A DNA stretch of 64,000 nt from assembly GCA_963666735.1 (NCBI GenBank), contig OY762926.1:2368001-2432000 (forward strand), read 5' to 3'. The DNA comes from Gemmatimonadota bacterium. GTDB lineage: Bacteria; Gemmatimonadota; Gemmatimonadetes; Palauibacterales; Palauibacteraceae. A model generated the notes under the pieces. It made no database searches. It was not told the DNA's origin and saw only the letters and a list, made by a program, of their open reading frames with translations. Positions 20,731-30,360 of this stretch are shown piece by piece. Positions within the stretch are counted from its first letter, which is position 1. The number at the start of each line of letters is the position of its first letter. The translations under genes and the position numbers were made by a program.

Positions 20731-21951
20731 TCAACGGCGGCTTGGTTGCACGGAGACCAGCTCGTACACCGCCACGTTCTCCAGGTCCATGTCGTCCCTG
20801 AGCACCCCGAGGACGAGTCCTCCGGTCACATCGAGGACGCGGAACCTGGACGGAGTCTCAACCTGTCCCAGCCACTCCCCGTCCGGGGAAATAACGGCGT
20901 ACGGCGACCCTTCCTCCGGATAGCCCGGCCGGTAGGCGGGCAGCCACACGTTTCCGTCGGCGTCGGCGAAGGGGGAACCGAAGAGCGGTATCGGTTGGCC
21001 GATCATGGCGCGATACCGGGCCATGTCTTCCTGAACCATCTCCTCGAGCCGGGCTTCAGATACTCCGTAGTTCATCCGGCCGATCATTAGGTTGTAGGCC
21101 TCGACGTCCACCAGGAGTTCGTCGGTCAGCAGGTTGGGCTCGGGCCGCCAGCGCAGGATCTGGTTTACCGTGCCGTCCGGCAAACGCCAAGTGATCTCGG
21201 GCCTGTCGGACCTCGTGTAGACGAACCGCCCTGCAGCGGTCGTGACCTCGCCAACGGGCTGGATGATCGGGTTCGCCGCACCCCGCGTTGCTCGCGGCAT
21301 GTGGTCGTACGACGCGACCGTGTCCAGCGCACCGGTTTCAGTATCGAACAGGGTCATGTGCCCGCCGAGCCACTCCTCCTCTATATCGAACCATGACCGG
21401 TTGGGGTATCGGTTCCAGAGCAGCAACTCACCGGATGCACCGATCCCCGCCACACCGATGTGGGCTACCCGAGGGGTGCTCACGATGCGCGCGACCGCAT
21501 CGCCGACGAAGAGAGTGAGGCGAGACAGACGACGGTCTGGCACAAGGACGCTGTCCTGGCCCAAGACGAACGCCGAGTAGGGTTCGATCACTTCGCCCGG
21601 ACCCTCTCCAACCCTCGCGAGCACCTTGTGCGTCGTCCCCTCCGGACTCAAGACGACCACTTCGCCGTACCACTCGGCGACGACCGCGCCTCCATCCGGG
21701 AAGAGCCGGCCGGCGTCGACCGACACGAACTCGTAGTTGCCCGGGTTCGCGCCGTGCCGGTATCGCGGTTCCGCCCCCAGAGCGAAGGGCGCCTCAACCT
21801 CGGGCACTCCGGCATACTCGACGATCCGTACGCCGGCGCTGTCCCGGACCTGGACCCGAATGTCGTCGGAGAGCCCGGGGCCTCCCCCGCAGGCGGCGAG
21901 GGCCGGCGCCAAGATCGATATTGGGCTCAGCGTTGTTACGCGGCTCTTCAC
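20731..21951 (-). CDS. Beta-propeller lipoprotein (copy 2)
   Basis: LAAC lipobox, RDSAGV, GEGPGE, DDMDLENV; GTG start overlaps the upstream stop. Confidence 0.8.
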   Translation of the reverse strand: MKSRVTTLSPISILAPALAACGGGPGLSDDIRVQVRDSAGVRIVEYAGVPEVEAPFALGAEPRYRHGANPGNYEFVSVDAGRLFPDGGAVVAEWYGEVVVLSPEGTTHKVLARVGEGPGEVIEPYSAFVLGQDSVLVPDRRLSRLTLFVGDAVARIVSTPRVAHIGVAGIGASGELLLWNRYPNRSWFDIEEEWLGGHMTLFDTETGALDTVASYDHMPRATRGAANPIIQPVGEVTTAAGRFVYTRSDRPEITWRLPDGTVNQILRWRPEPNLLTDELLVDVEAYNLMIGRMNYGVSEARLEEMVQEDMARYRAMIGQPIPLFGSPFADADGNVWLPAYRPGYPEEGSPYAVISPDGEWLGQVETPSRFRVLDVTGGLVLGVLRDDMDLENVAVYELVSVQPSRR

Positions 21952-23051
21952 CGGACGAAGGGCAGGCCTGCGATGTCGTACCAGTCGAGGGCTCGATCGG
22001 GCATCCCGCCGGCATCGTCCGGCCCGGCCTGCCGGTCGACAAGCACGACCAGGGTCGACCCAAGGAGGTCGAAGGCCTGGAGCCGATCCCTGACCCGCAC
22101 CGACCCGACGTATTCGGCGTTCTCGTACACGTCCAGCCAGGACCATTCATGCTGGTCGCGCCGGGTGGCGATCCAGTAGCGGTTGGCGTCGTCGAACAAC
22201 TGCTGGCCCGTGGACAGATGGTAGTTCTTCGGGGTGGCGCGATAGTCGTCCACCTGCTCCTCGACACCCTGCGAGATGGGGAAGCCCCGCTCCCTGTTGA
22301 AGCGCCTGAGCGTCTCTTCGAACCGTGCCACGTCCCGCTCGTTCGGAAGTTCCGGGACGTACATCGGGGCGCGAAGCACCGTGGCGTCACCGGTGTCGCC
22401 GACGAAGATCAGATGCCCTTCGCAGCCCACGAACGCCCACCCCTCTCTCCGGTCCGGGATGCCATGGATGACCTGCCCGCACTCGACGCCCCACGGCCCG
22501 TGCGGCGAGCCCTCCTGCCGCACGACCGCCCCGGAGGCAAGGTCCACCTCGTACCGGGTCATCAGCGAACCGGAGCCGTCGCCCCGGAGCATCTCCATGT
22601 AGTCCAGCGACACGCCCGAGACCGCGGCGCCGAACGATGGGCCGGGCTGGAACACGCTTGGCAGCACCACGGCGGACACGTAGGCGCCCGATGGCTCGAA
22701 GACCGAGAAGCGGCCCAGGCCGGAATCGATCACGCCGACGGTTCCCGCCTCTCCGCGGGCGAGATACGCGGGATCGCCAAACTCGCCGGGGCCTTCGCCC
22801 TCGCGACCGAAGACTCCCGCGACGGCGCCGTCCCCCGCCACGCAGCGGACCCGCCCTTCGTAGGAGTCGATGACGCAGGCGGTTCGCTCGTCCGCGAGAA
22901 GCGCGAGTGAGGGATTATCGCTGAGAGGCACGGCCGTCGTATGGATCAATTCGGGCGTAAAGATGGCCTCGTCGCCGGCGTCGCCCGGACCGCATGCCCC
23001 GGCGAAGACCAGGAGCGAATAACACGCTGCGCGGACCCGGCCACTCAGCAC
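21948..23051 (-). CDS. Beta-propeller lipoprotein (copy 1, divergent)
   Basis: AGAC lipobox, GREGEGPGEF. Confidence 0.75.
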   Translation of the reverse strand: MLSGRVRAACYSLLVFAGACGPGDAGDEAIFTPELIHTTAVPLSDNPSLALLADERTACVIDSYEGRVRCVAGDGAVAGVFGREGEGPGEFGDPAYLARGEAGTVGVIDSGLGRFSVFEPSGAYVSAVVLPSVFQPGPSFGAAVSGVSLDYMEMLRGDGSGSLMTRYEVDLASGAVVRQEGSPHGPWGVECGQVIHGIPDRREGWAFVGCEGHLIFVGDTGDATVLRAPMYVPELPNERDVARFEETLRRFNRERGFPISQGVEEQVDDYRATPKNYHLSTGQQLFDDANRYWIATRRDQHEWSWLDVYENAEYVGSVRVRDRLQAFDLLGSTLVVLVDRQAGPDDAGGMPDRALDWYDIAGLPFVR

Positions 23052-24937
23052 CGTTCCGGACCGCCCTCCCGTGGAGGCGGGATCGTGTCGGTCGCCGCCG
23101 CCGGCAGGAACTCGAGGAGAAAGCCCACGGCTTCCTCGGCGCCCGTGCGCCCGAGCCAGTAGATCCCACGCTCACGTACTTCCGCGTCGGTTTCCTGGCG
23201 AATCAGGTCCATCATCGTCGACGCCGCCCCGGAGTCGGAATCCACCCTCCGATAGATGGCGTACATCGCGTGCCGCCGCATGAAGGGCTCCGTGAAATCG
23301 CGATAGAGTTGGGCAAGGCCCGCGACGTCGGCCGATGTGCCCTCCGCCCAGGCGTCGAAGGCTTCACCCCGGACGCCTTCGGACGCGGAAGAGTCGAGAG
23401 CGATCGCATAGACCCAGGCGGCGGACTCCTCGTCACCCGTCCTACGCAGCTTGGCCCCCAGTTGGTCCAGGAGATATTGCTTGACTTGATCTTGATCCGC
23501 GTACGACGCGACGTCTTCGTAAATCGTGATGAGCTGGCCGCCAGTCACTTCCTCGCGTCTACCGAGTTGACGGATCGCCTGGCGGCGGAGCCTCAACGAT
23601 GCCGATCGATCGGCGATGACGTCGGCGAGCGCGCCCAGGACCCAGATGGGTTTCGTCGCCCAATACCGACTGCTTCCAAGCCCGTCAACTGCGGCCAGCC
23701 TGGTGGTCTGGTCCTCGGCGTCGAGCTTCGACCGGAGTACCAGGTACGCGTCGTAGGAGTCGAAACGCCACAGTTCCGCAACGGCGGCCCGGCGGACCGG
23801 TTCGTCCAAGTGGCCCTGAACGACGCCGAGAAGCACTGCCTGGGCTTCATCCGTCGCCTCCTGGCCAATGAGTCCGACGACCTCATCGTGAAGCAGTATC
23901 GAGCAGTCGTCCTCGCGGTCCAGGACGCCGCGCAGGATCTGCATGCGATTGACGTCGAAACGCATGAGCGCCTCGAGCGCGGCAAGCTGCACCGACACGC
24001 CCTCGCACGCCTCCTGCTGCCCGGTCCGGGCGCGGTAAGGTTCCTGGTACTCCGCTACTGCCTCCCGCACGTATGCCGTCGCCCATTCGGCATATTCCGC
24101 CGCGGCTTGGTCGGCTCGTGCCACCTCGTAGAATGTCTCGGCCAGCGTAGTTGCGAGCGGCTCCTGCCGTGCGCGCCGGGCCGCGGCCGGAGAATCTGCT
24201 CCGTCACGGGCTTCCGCCATCGCCGCGTCCGCCATGATCGAGTCCGGCGGCGGGTAGGCTCCTGCGTTGATTACATCCGCTTGCCGGCCGGCCGCCCCAA
24301 ACGCCGCCGCCGCCATCGTGTCACCCTGCGCCGGCAGCAATGTCCGCCTTTGGATTACCAGGTGCGCCAACGGATCCGGCGATTCGACATCGTCGGTTAT
24401 CGCCGCCGGTAGTGAGGGGAATCCGGACTCCGCGTCGAGAGCCGCCTCCGCCTCGCGGAGCAGGTCGGCCGTCTCATCCGCATCGCCGCGGGCCGCCAGC
24501 TGACTTCGGATCTCGAACTCCAGCGCCCGCGCATCGTGGTACAGGCGCCCGGTCTCCCTATACCTGCCGACTCCTGTCTGCGCCTCTTCGAACCCGATCA
24601 TGAGGGTTTCCAACAGCAACCGCGCCTCGGCCAGATCGCCGAGCCGATAGCGGGCGAATGCCTCCCAATAGTAGGAATCCGCCTCAAAGCGCGGTGACGA
24701 CGTGATGCTTTCGGTGCGGATCTCCTTGAAGAGTTCCGCCGCGCGCGCGAATTCCTCCGCGTTGATGGCGCGACGCGCCTCGAGAAACGCCGCGACTTCC
24801 GTCTGTTTGACGGTCTGTGCCGAGAGGGCGTCCGCTCCGAGCATCCGGAGCCGACCGGATGCGGGTACTGCCTGGACCGCTGCAAAACCGGCCAGCAGCA
24901 GCCCAACCGAGATCAGGCTCTTCGCGCGATGGTTCAT
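23045..24937 (-). CDS. Exported TPR + HEAT-repeat protein
   Basis: Signal peptide, YYWEAFARYRLG TPR-like helix pair, C-terminal HEAT repeats (VRERGIYWLG). Confidence 0.75.
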   Translation of the reverse strand: MNHRAKSLISVGLLLAGFAAVQAVPASGRLRMLGADALSAQTVKQTEVAAFLEARRAINAEEFARAAELFKEIRTESITSSPRFEADSYYWEAFARYRLGDLAEARLLLETLMIGFEEAQTGVGRYRETGRLYHDARALEFEIRSQLAARGDADETADLLREAEAALDAESGFPSLPAAITDDVESPDPLAHLVIQRRTLLPAQGDTMAAAAFGAAGRQADVINAGAYPPPDSIMADAAMAEARDGADSPAAARRARQEPLATTLAETFYEVARADQAAAEYAEWATAYVREAVAEYQEPYRARTGQQEACEGVSVQLAALEALMRFDVNRMQILRGVLDREDDCSILLHDEVVGLIGQEATDEAQAVLLGVVQGHLDEPVRRAAVAELWRFDSYDAYLVLRSKLDAEDQTTRLAAVDGLGSSRYWATKPIWVLGALADVIADRSASLRLRRQAIRQLGRREEVTGGQLITIYEDVASYADQDQVKQYLLDQLGAKLRRTGDEESAAWVYAIALDSSASEGVRGEAFDAWAEGTSADVAGLAQLYRDFTEPFMRRHAMYAIYRRVDSDSGAASTMMDLIRQETDAEVRERGIYWLGRTGAEEAVGFLLEFLPAAATDTIPPPREGGPERC

Positions 24938-25007
24938 CGTATCCTCCAGGACGTTCTGTCTTGTCCGTTTTCCGTGGTGTCGCGTTGAGGTCGTATTGTC
25001 GGCTCGC

Positions 25008-26096
25008 TCAGGCGCCGCTCGCGGAACGAAGCCGCATCAGCGTGCCCTTCCGTTCCATGCTCTCATGGGCCAGTTCGCGCTCGAAATCCGGGGCATCCGG
25101 GCCCAGGCGCGCGATCTGCACGAGAACGAGTTCGAGATCCCGCAACAGGGCGCGCTCCCTCTGGCCCTGCGCCCCCGGCGTGTCGAGCAGGGAACGGGTC
25201 TCGACCAGGAACTCGCGCGCCCACCTGGCCAGGTCGCTCTGCGATTCGTCGCTCCCGCTGTCCGTCCGGAACGCCACGAGCAGGGCCTGGGTCCGGTCGA
25301 GGTGGCGGGACATGCGGGACATGTCGTACTCGCCGGCCGCGGAGCGCGGCGCGGGGAGCCCGACGGGTCGCTGTGAGGGCGAGCTGACGGCGGCGCGAAC
25401 GGGCGGATCCGCTTCGGGTCGGCGCGTCGTCTCCCCGGGGGCCGGATCGACGGCCGGCGGCGGAGCGGCGATCGCGAACCGGCGGCTCGTCTCCAGGGGG
25501 TCCCCGACGCGGGAAGGCGCCGGCGCCTCCTCCGCGGCCGTTGGAGCGAGGGGCCCGTAGTCGGCCGGCGCGACCGAGGCCGGCGTCGCCGCCGCGATCG
25601 TCGCGGGTTCCGCAGGCTCCGGTAGCTGCGCACCGCCGTCGAGCGCCACGGCCAGCGCAACCGAAGCGGCCGCGGCTCCCGTCAGCCATACCACCGTGCG
25701 GCCGGGCCGCCGCCCGAACGCACGGGCCACGACAAGCCGGAGCGGGCCGCGCGTCGCCTCGCGCGCGCCGGGGGTCTCCGGCTGCCGCGCGACCCAACCG
25801 GCCTCGATTCGCTCCCACATCGCCTCGCGCGGCGCGGGCGGCGGGTCGTGGTAGCCCAGCGCGTCGAAGGGGTGATCCAACGGGAGACCGACCGCGCCTC
25901 CGACGCCGGCCGCGACGCCCGTCATCTCCGGCGCCTCGATCGAATCGGGCACCGGTGCCGCGCCCAGCCGCGTCTCGATCTCGGCCCACATCGCCTCGGC
26001 CGGAGGCTCCGGCGGGTCGTGGTAGCCGGCCGCCTCCCGGCGGACGAACCGGGCAAAGCGGCTCGCGTCGTCCATGCGATCCTTCAGCATGCCCAT
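25008..26096 (-). CDS. Putative membrane anti-sigma factor
   Basis: Overlaps the ECF sigma stop; one TM helix; C-terminal LLRDLELVLVQIA. Confidence 0.7.
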   Translation of the reverse strand: MGMLKDRMDDASRFARFVRREAAGYHDPPEPPAEAMWAEIETRLGAAPVPDSIEAPEMTGVAAGVGGAVGLPLDHPFDALGYHDPPPAPREAMWERIEAGWVARQPETPGAREATRGPLRLVVARAFGRRPGRTVVWLTGAAAASVALAVALDGGAQLPEPAEPATIAAATPASVAPADYGPLAPTAAEEAPAPSRVGDPLETSRRFAIAAPPPAVDPAPGETTRRPEADPPVRAAVSSPSQRPVGLPAPRSAAGEYDMSRMSRHLDRTQALLVAFRTDSGSDESQSDLARWAREFLVETRSLLDTPGAQGQRERALLRDLELVLVQIARLGPDAPDFERELAHESMERKGTLMRLRSASGA

Positions 26097-26626
26097 TCTC
26101 CTGCGAAATCCGCGAGTTTCTCCCGCAGGCGGCCGCGGGCCCGAAAAAGTTGCGACTTGGATGTCCCGGACTTGATCCCGAGCATCGCCCCGATCTCCTC
26201 GTGCGTGTAGCCCTCGAGATCGTGCAGCAGAAAGACCGTTCGATAGCCCGCAGGAAGTTCGTCGATCGCGCGGTGCAGGCGCTCCTTGACATCGGGTTCG
26301 AGGCGGTCCGGGCCGCCGGTCGAGCGGAGATCCTCGTGCAGCGCGGTCTCGCGGTTGCGAAAGCGCTTGACCTTGCGGAGCCCGTTCAGCGACACCGTCG
26401 TCGCGATCGATCCGAGCCACGTCCCGAACGCGGCCTCGCCGCGAAACGTGTCGATCTTCGTGAACGCCCGCACGAACGTCTCCTGCGTGAAATCCTGGGC
26501 GAGATGGTCCTCGCCGGCGAACCGGTAGCATATCCGGAACACCCGGTCGACGTGCGCATCGTACAACGCGCGCGCCGCGTCCTCGTCTCCGTCCCTGAGC
26601 CGCTGAATGAGTTGCGGTTCCGTCAC
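26084..26626 (-). CDS. ECF (sigma-24 type) sigma factor
   Basis: Region 2 DFTQETFVRAF...FGTWL; region 4 LHDLEGYTHEEIG...SKSQLFRAR. Confidence 0.93.
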   Translation of the reverse strand: MTEPQLIQRLRDGDEDAARALYDAHVDRVFRICYRFAGEDHLAQDFTQETFVRAFTKIDTFRGEAAFGTWLGSIATTVSLNGLRKVKRFRNRETALHEDLRSTGGPDRLEPDVKERLHRAIDELPAGYRTVFLLHDLEGYTHEEIGAMLGIKSGTSKSQLFRARGRLREKLADFAGEWAC

Positions 26627-26865
26627 CGTGCCGGGGTCTCCGGGTACACGCCGGTTCTTCCGCTTCTTCTGCTTCTGGATCGGTGACACAGGCAACTGGG
26701 GATTGGTTGCGCGGGAATCCGGCGGGCCGCCGGAGGAGGAAACGACGGGCGGACCCGGAGGACGACCGCACCGCGGCGGCGATGCGCCGCGGCCGGTCGG
26801 CCGGAGGCGGGGTTCCGGGAGCGGCCGAGGCTCCCGGCCGGGCGGCGAGCGCCCGAATCCGCTAC

Positions 26866-28083
26866 TCAGGCGACGGCGACGGCCGCCCCCCGCACCACCT
26901 CGGCGATGTGTTCCAGCGCCCATTCGAGGCTGGCCTTTTCGATCGTGAGCGGAGGCGCGAACCGGATCACCTGCTCGTGCGTCTCCTTGGCGAGGATCCC
27001 GCGCGCCTGCAGTTCCTCGCAGAACGGACGCGCCGATCCGGACTCGTCCCGGATCACGACGCCGATGAACAGGCCGCGGCCCCGCACATGGTCCACATGC
27101 GGAGAATCGATCGATTCCAGTTCCCGCTTGAACCAGGAGCCCAGTTCGTTCGACCGCCCGGCGAGATCTTCATCCCGTATCACGTCGAGCGCCGCCATGC
27201 CGACCGCCGCGCCCAGCGGATTTCCGCCGAACGTCGAGCCGTGGTCTCCCGGATGGAAGACGTCCATGATCTCCGAGTTCGCGAGGATCCCGGAAACGGG
27301 GAACACCCCCCCTCCGAGCGCCTTGCCGACGATCATGATGTCGCCCCGGTCCGCCTCCCAGTCGGCGCAGAACAGCTTGCCGGTTCGCCCGAGACCCGTC
27401 TGGATCTCGTCGTTGATCATGAGGACGTTGTTCGCGCGGCAGATCTCCAGCGCCCGCGCGTAGTAACCATTGGGCGGCACCACGACGCCCGCCTCACCCT
27501 GGATCGGCTCGACGAGAAAGCCGACGGTGTTCGGCGTAATCGCCGCCTCGAGCGCGTCCGCATCCCCGTAGGGAATCGGCACGAAGCCCGGCGTGAAGGG
27601 GCCGAACCCGGACGTGGATCCCTCGTCCGAGGAAAAGCCCACGATCGTCGTCGTCCGGCCGTGGAAATTGTCCTCGCAGACGATGATTTCCGCCTGGTTT
27701 TTCGCCACGCCCTTCACCGTGTAGCCCCACTTGCGGGCCGCCTTGATCGCCGTCTCCACGCCCTCGGCGCCGGTGTTCATCGGCAGCGCGCGCTCGAACC
27801 CCGTCATCTCGCACAGCTTCTGGAGGAACGGACCCATGCGGTCGTTGTGGAAGGCGCGCGACGTGAGCGTGAGCTTCTCCGCCTGCGCGCGCAGCGCCTC
27901 GATGATGCGGGGATGACGGTGTCCCTGGTTCACGGCGGAATAGGCGCTCAGCATGTCGAGGTACCTTCTGCCCTCGACGTCCCACACCCACTCGCCTTCG
28001 CCACGATCGAGCACGACGGGAAGCGGATGGTAGTTCTGGGCGCTCCACTGGTCGACCTGAGAGATGTAATCGCTGGTGTTCAT
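26866..28083 (-). CDS. rocD: Ornithine aminotransferase
   Basis: NYHPLPVV, SAYSAVNQGH, PMNTGAEGVETA, EPIQGEAG, DEIQTG, HGSTFGGNP. Confidence 0.95.
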   Translation of the reverse strand: MNTSDYISQVDQWSAQNYHPLPVVLDRGEGEWVWDVEGRRYLDMLSAYSAVNQGHRHPRIIEALRAQAEKLTLTSRAFHNDRMGPFLQKLCEMTGFERALPMNTGAEGVETAIKAARKWGYTVKGVAKNQAEIIVCEDNFHGRTTTIVGFSSDEGSTSGFGPFTPGFVPIPYGDADALEAAITPNTVGFLVEPIQGEAGVVVPPNGYYARALEICRANNVLMINDEIQTGLGRTGKLFCADWEADRGDIMIVGKALGGGVFPVSGILANSEIMDVFHPGDHGSTFGGNPLGAAVGMAALDVIRDEDLAGRSNELGSWFKRELESIDSPHVDHVRGRGLFIGVVIRDESGSARPFCEELQARGILAKETHEQVIRFAPPLTIEKASLEWALEHIAEVVRGAAVAVA

Positions 28084-28290
28084 CGCTTCCTCACTGAGCT
28101 GCCGAGATTGAGCCATCGAGATTGCGGCCGAGACCGAGCTGCCGAGCGATCTCGACCACGGGTTGATACGGGTCTGGGCCGGATTGAACCGGACCTGAGA
28201 GAATAGACGAAAACCCCACGCCCGACAAGGTGATTCGGGCGCGTGTCCCCATCGGTCCCCGTCCCTGTCGCAGGCTGCTACCTTGGGCGC

Positions 28291-29775
28291 ATGAGCGACG
28301 CCTCCGTCATCCCCGACCTTGCCGAATTCTCCCGCCTCGCCGAGCCCGGCCGGATGGTGCCCGTGGCCATCGAGATCCCGTTCGACCTCGACACTCCGGT
28401 CACGGCGTTCTCGAAGCTCCGACGCGGCCCGTTCTCCTTCCTGCTCGAGTCGGTGGAGGGCGGGGAACGCTGGGCGCGATTCAGCTTCTTCGGCTCGGAG
28501 CCCCGGGAAGCGTGGCGACTCGACGGGTCGGAGATCCGGCTCTGGACGCCCTCGGGAGGCTGGGGCGAGCCCGAGACGACGAGCGATCCGTTCAGCGCCT
28601 TCGATGCGTGGATCAACCGTTACGAACCGGTCGAACTCCCCGCCCTGCCGCGGTTCTGGGGCGGGGCCGTCGGATTCTTCGGCTACGATACGGTACGCTG
28701 GCTCGAGCGGTTGCCCGCGGCGCCGCCCGACGACCTCGGCGTGCCCGACGCCTGCTTCATGTCGACGGAGCACATGCTCATCATCGACAACCTCTATTCG
28801 CGGGCCGTCGCCGTGGCGGCCGTGCCGGTCACGCCCGACGACGACCCGGCCGAACTGTACGGGAAGGCCGTGGACCGACTCATCGACTGGGTTCGCGGCC
28901 TCGAGAGACCGCACGGGCTGGGGCCGATGGGCGGCGGCGGGGCGCGCACCACGGAGGTGGCCGGAAACCGCTCGCGGGAGGACTACGAGGCGGCCGTCGA
29001 GCGGATCCGCGAGTACATCGTGGCGGGCGACGCGTACCAGGTCGTCGTCTCGCAGCGCGCCGGCGCCCGTTTCGGGGGCGACCCCCTCGAGCTCTACCGC
29101 GCACTCCGGCGCAGCAACCCGTCGCCCTATCTCTTCTTCATCGAACTGGACGGCATGCGCCTCATCGGCTCTTCCCCCGAGACCCTCGTCCGCGTCGAAG
29201 ACGGGATCGTGACCGTACGCCCGATCGCCGGGACGCGACCGCGCGGGGCCACGCCGCGGGAGGACGAGCGGCACGCGCGCGAGCTGCTCGCCGACGAGAA
29301 GGAGCGGGCGGAACACCTCATGCTCGTGGATCTCGGCCGCAACGATGTGAGCCGGGTCGCCCGGCCCGGCTCCGTCGAGGTGTCGCGCTTCATGGAGACC
29401 GAGCGCTACAGCCACGTCATGCACCTCGTGAGCGAGGTGGCGGGGTCGCTGAAGGACGGAGCCGACGCCGTCGACGCGTTCCAGGCGTGCTTCCCCGCCG
29501 GCACGCTGACCGGCGCCCCGAAGGTGCGCGCGATGGAGATTCTGGACGAACTCGAGCCGACCCGGCGCGGGCCGTACGGCGGGGCGGCGGGTTACGTGGG
29601 CTACGGCGCGACGAGCCTCGACATGGCCATCGTGATCCGGACGCTGCTCTCCGTCGGCGACCGCGTGTACGCGCAGGCCGGGGCGGGGGTCGTGTACGAC
29701 TCGGAACCGGCGCGCGAATGGGAAGAGACCCGCCACAAGGCCCGCGTGCTACTCGAGGCGCTGGAAAAAGTCTAG
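28291..29775 (+). CDS. trpE: Anthranilate synthase component I
   Basis: FLLESVEGG, NPSPYLF, PIAGTR, EHLMLVDLGRND, GAPKVRAM. Confidence 0.93.
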   Translation: MSDASVIPDLAEFSRLAEPGRMVPVAIEIPFDLDTPVTAFSKLRRGPFSFLLESVEGGERWARFSFFGSEPREAWRLDGSEIRLWTPSGGWGEPETTSDPFSAFDAWINRYEPVELPALPRFWGGAVGFFGYDTVRWLERLPAAPPDDLGVPDACFMSTEHMLIIDNLYSRAVAVAAVPVTPDDDPAELYGKAVDRLIDWVRGLERPHGLGPMGGGGARTTEVAGNRSREDYEAAVERIREYIVAGDAYQVVVSQRAGARFGGDPLELYRALRRSNPSPYLFFIELDGMRLIGSSPETLVRVEDGIVTVRPIAGTRPRGATPREDERHARELLADEKERAEHLMLVDLGRNDVSRVARPGSVEVSRFMETERYSHVMHLVSEVAGSLKDGADAVDAFQACFPAGTLTGAPKVRAMEILDELEPTRRGPYGGAAGYVGYGATSLDMAIVIRTLLSVGDRVYAQAGAGVVYDSEPAREWEETRHKARVLLEALEKV

Positions 29776-29801
29776 CCGCCCCCGCTCACGGCCCCGGACG
29801 G

Positions 29802-30179
29802 TCACATCCGGGCGAGACGTTCCTCGCGGGCCACGATGGGGTCGATCTGGGCGGCGTACTCCTTGGCGTACGCGAGGGCTTCCTCGAGCGCCTCCGTCCG
29901 CGTACCCGCGAAGCGCTGGCCCACGGCGGCGCTCATCGCACGGCCCGGCCCGGCCGCCGCCGCGACCTCCCACACCTCCGGCCCCCCGCGCAACGCCGCC
30001 CGCCTGCCCGCCCGCGTCTCCCGGAACTCGATCTGCGGGAATCTCTCCGCCGCGAGCCACTCCAGGAGAATCCGCCTCAGTCCCTGGGATGGAGTCCATT
30101 GCTGCTCGAGGAACACGCGTTCGAGTTCCGACTCGACCTCGCGCGAGACGCGCGTGCAGAGAGGACGGGGCAAAGGCAT
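29802..30179 (-). CDS. DUF433-like putative antitoxin/DNA-binding protein
   Basis: FPQIEFR...GRRAALRGGPEVWEV, ALAYAKEY. Confidence 0.6.
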   Translation of the reverse strand: MPLPRPLCTRVSREVESELERVFLEQQWTPSQGLRRILLEWLAAERFPQIEFRETRAGRRAALRGGPEVWEVAAAAGPGRAMSAAVGQRFAGTRTEALEEALAYAKEYAAQIDPIVAREERLARM

Positions 30180-30360
30180 GTATACATAGTATACCATCCA
30201 CCGAAGACATGCCAGGCGGCATGGCCCCGCGGGCTTGGCAGCGAAGCGCGATGTAACCCTTTCCCCGTTTGCGGCGTCTACGGGTGTGTCGCCGGACGCT
30301 CGCTGTTCGTCGCAGGAGCGCGGCAGCGGCCTTCGGCCCAGGGAAGGAAACGAGGCGACC

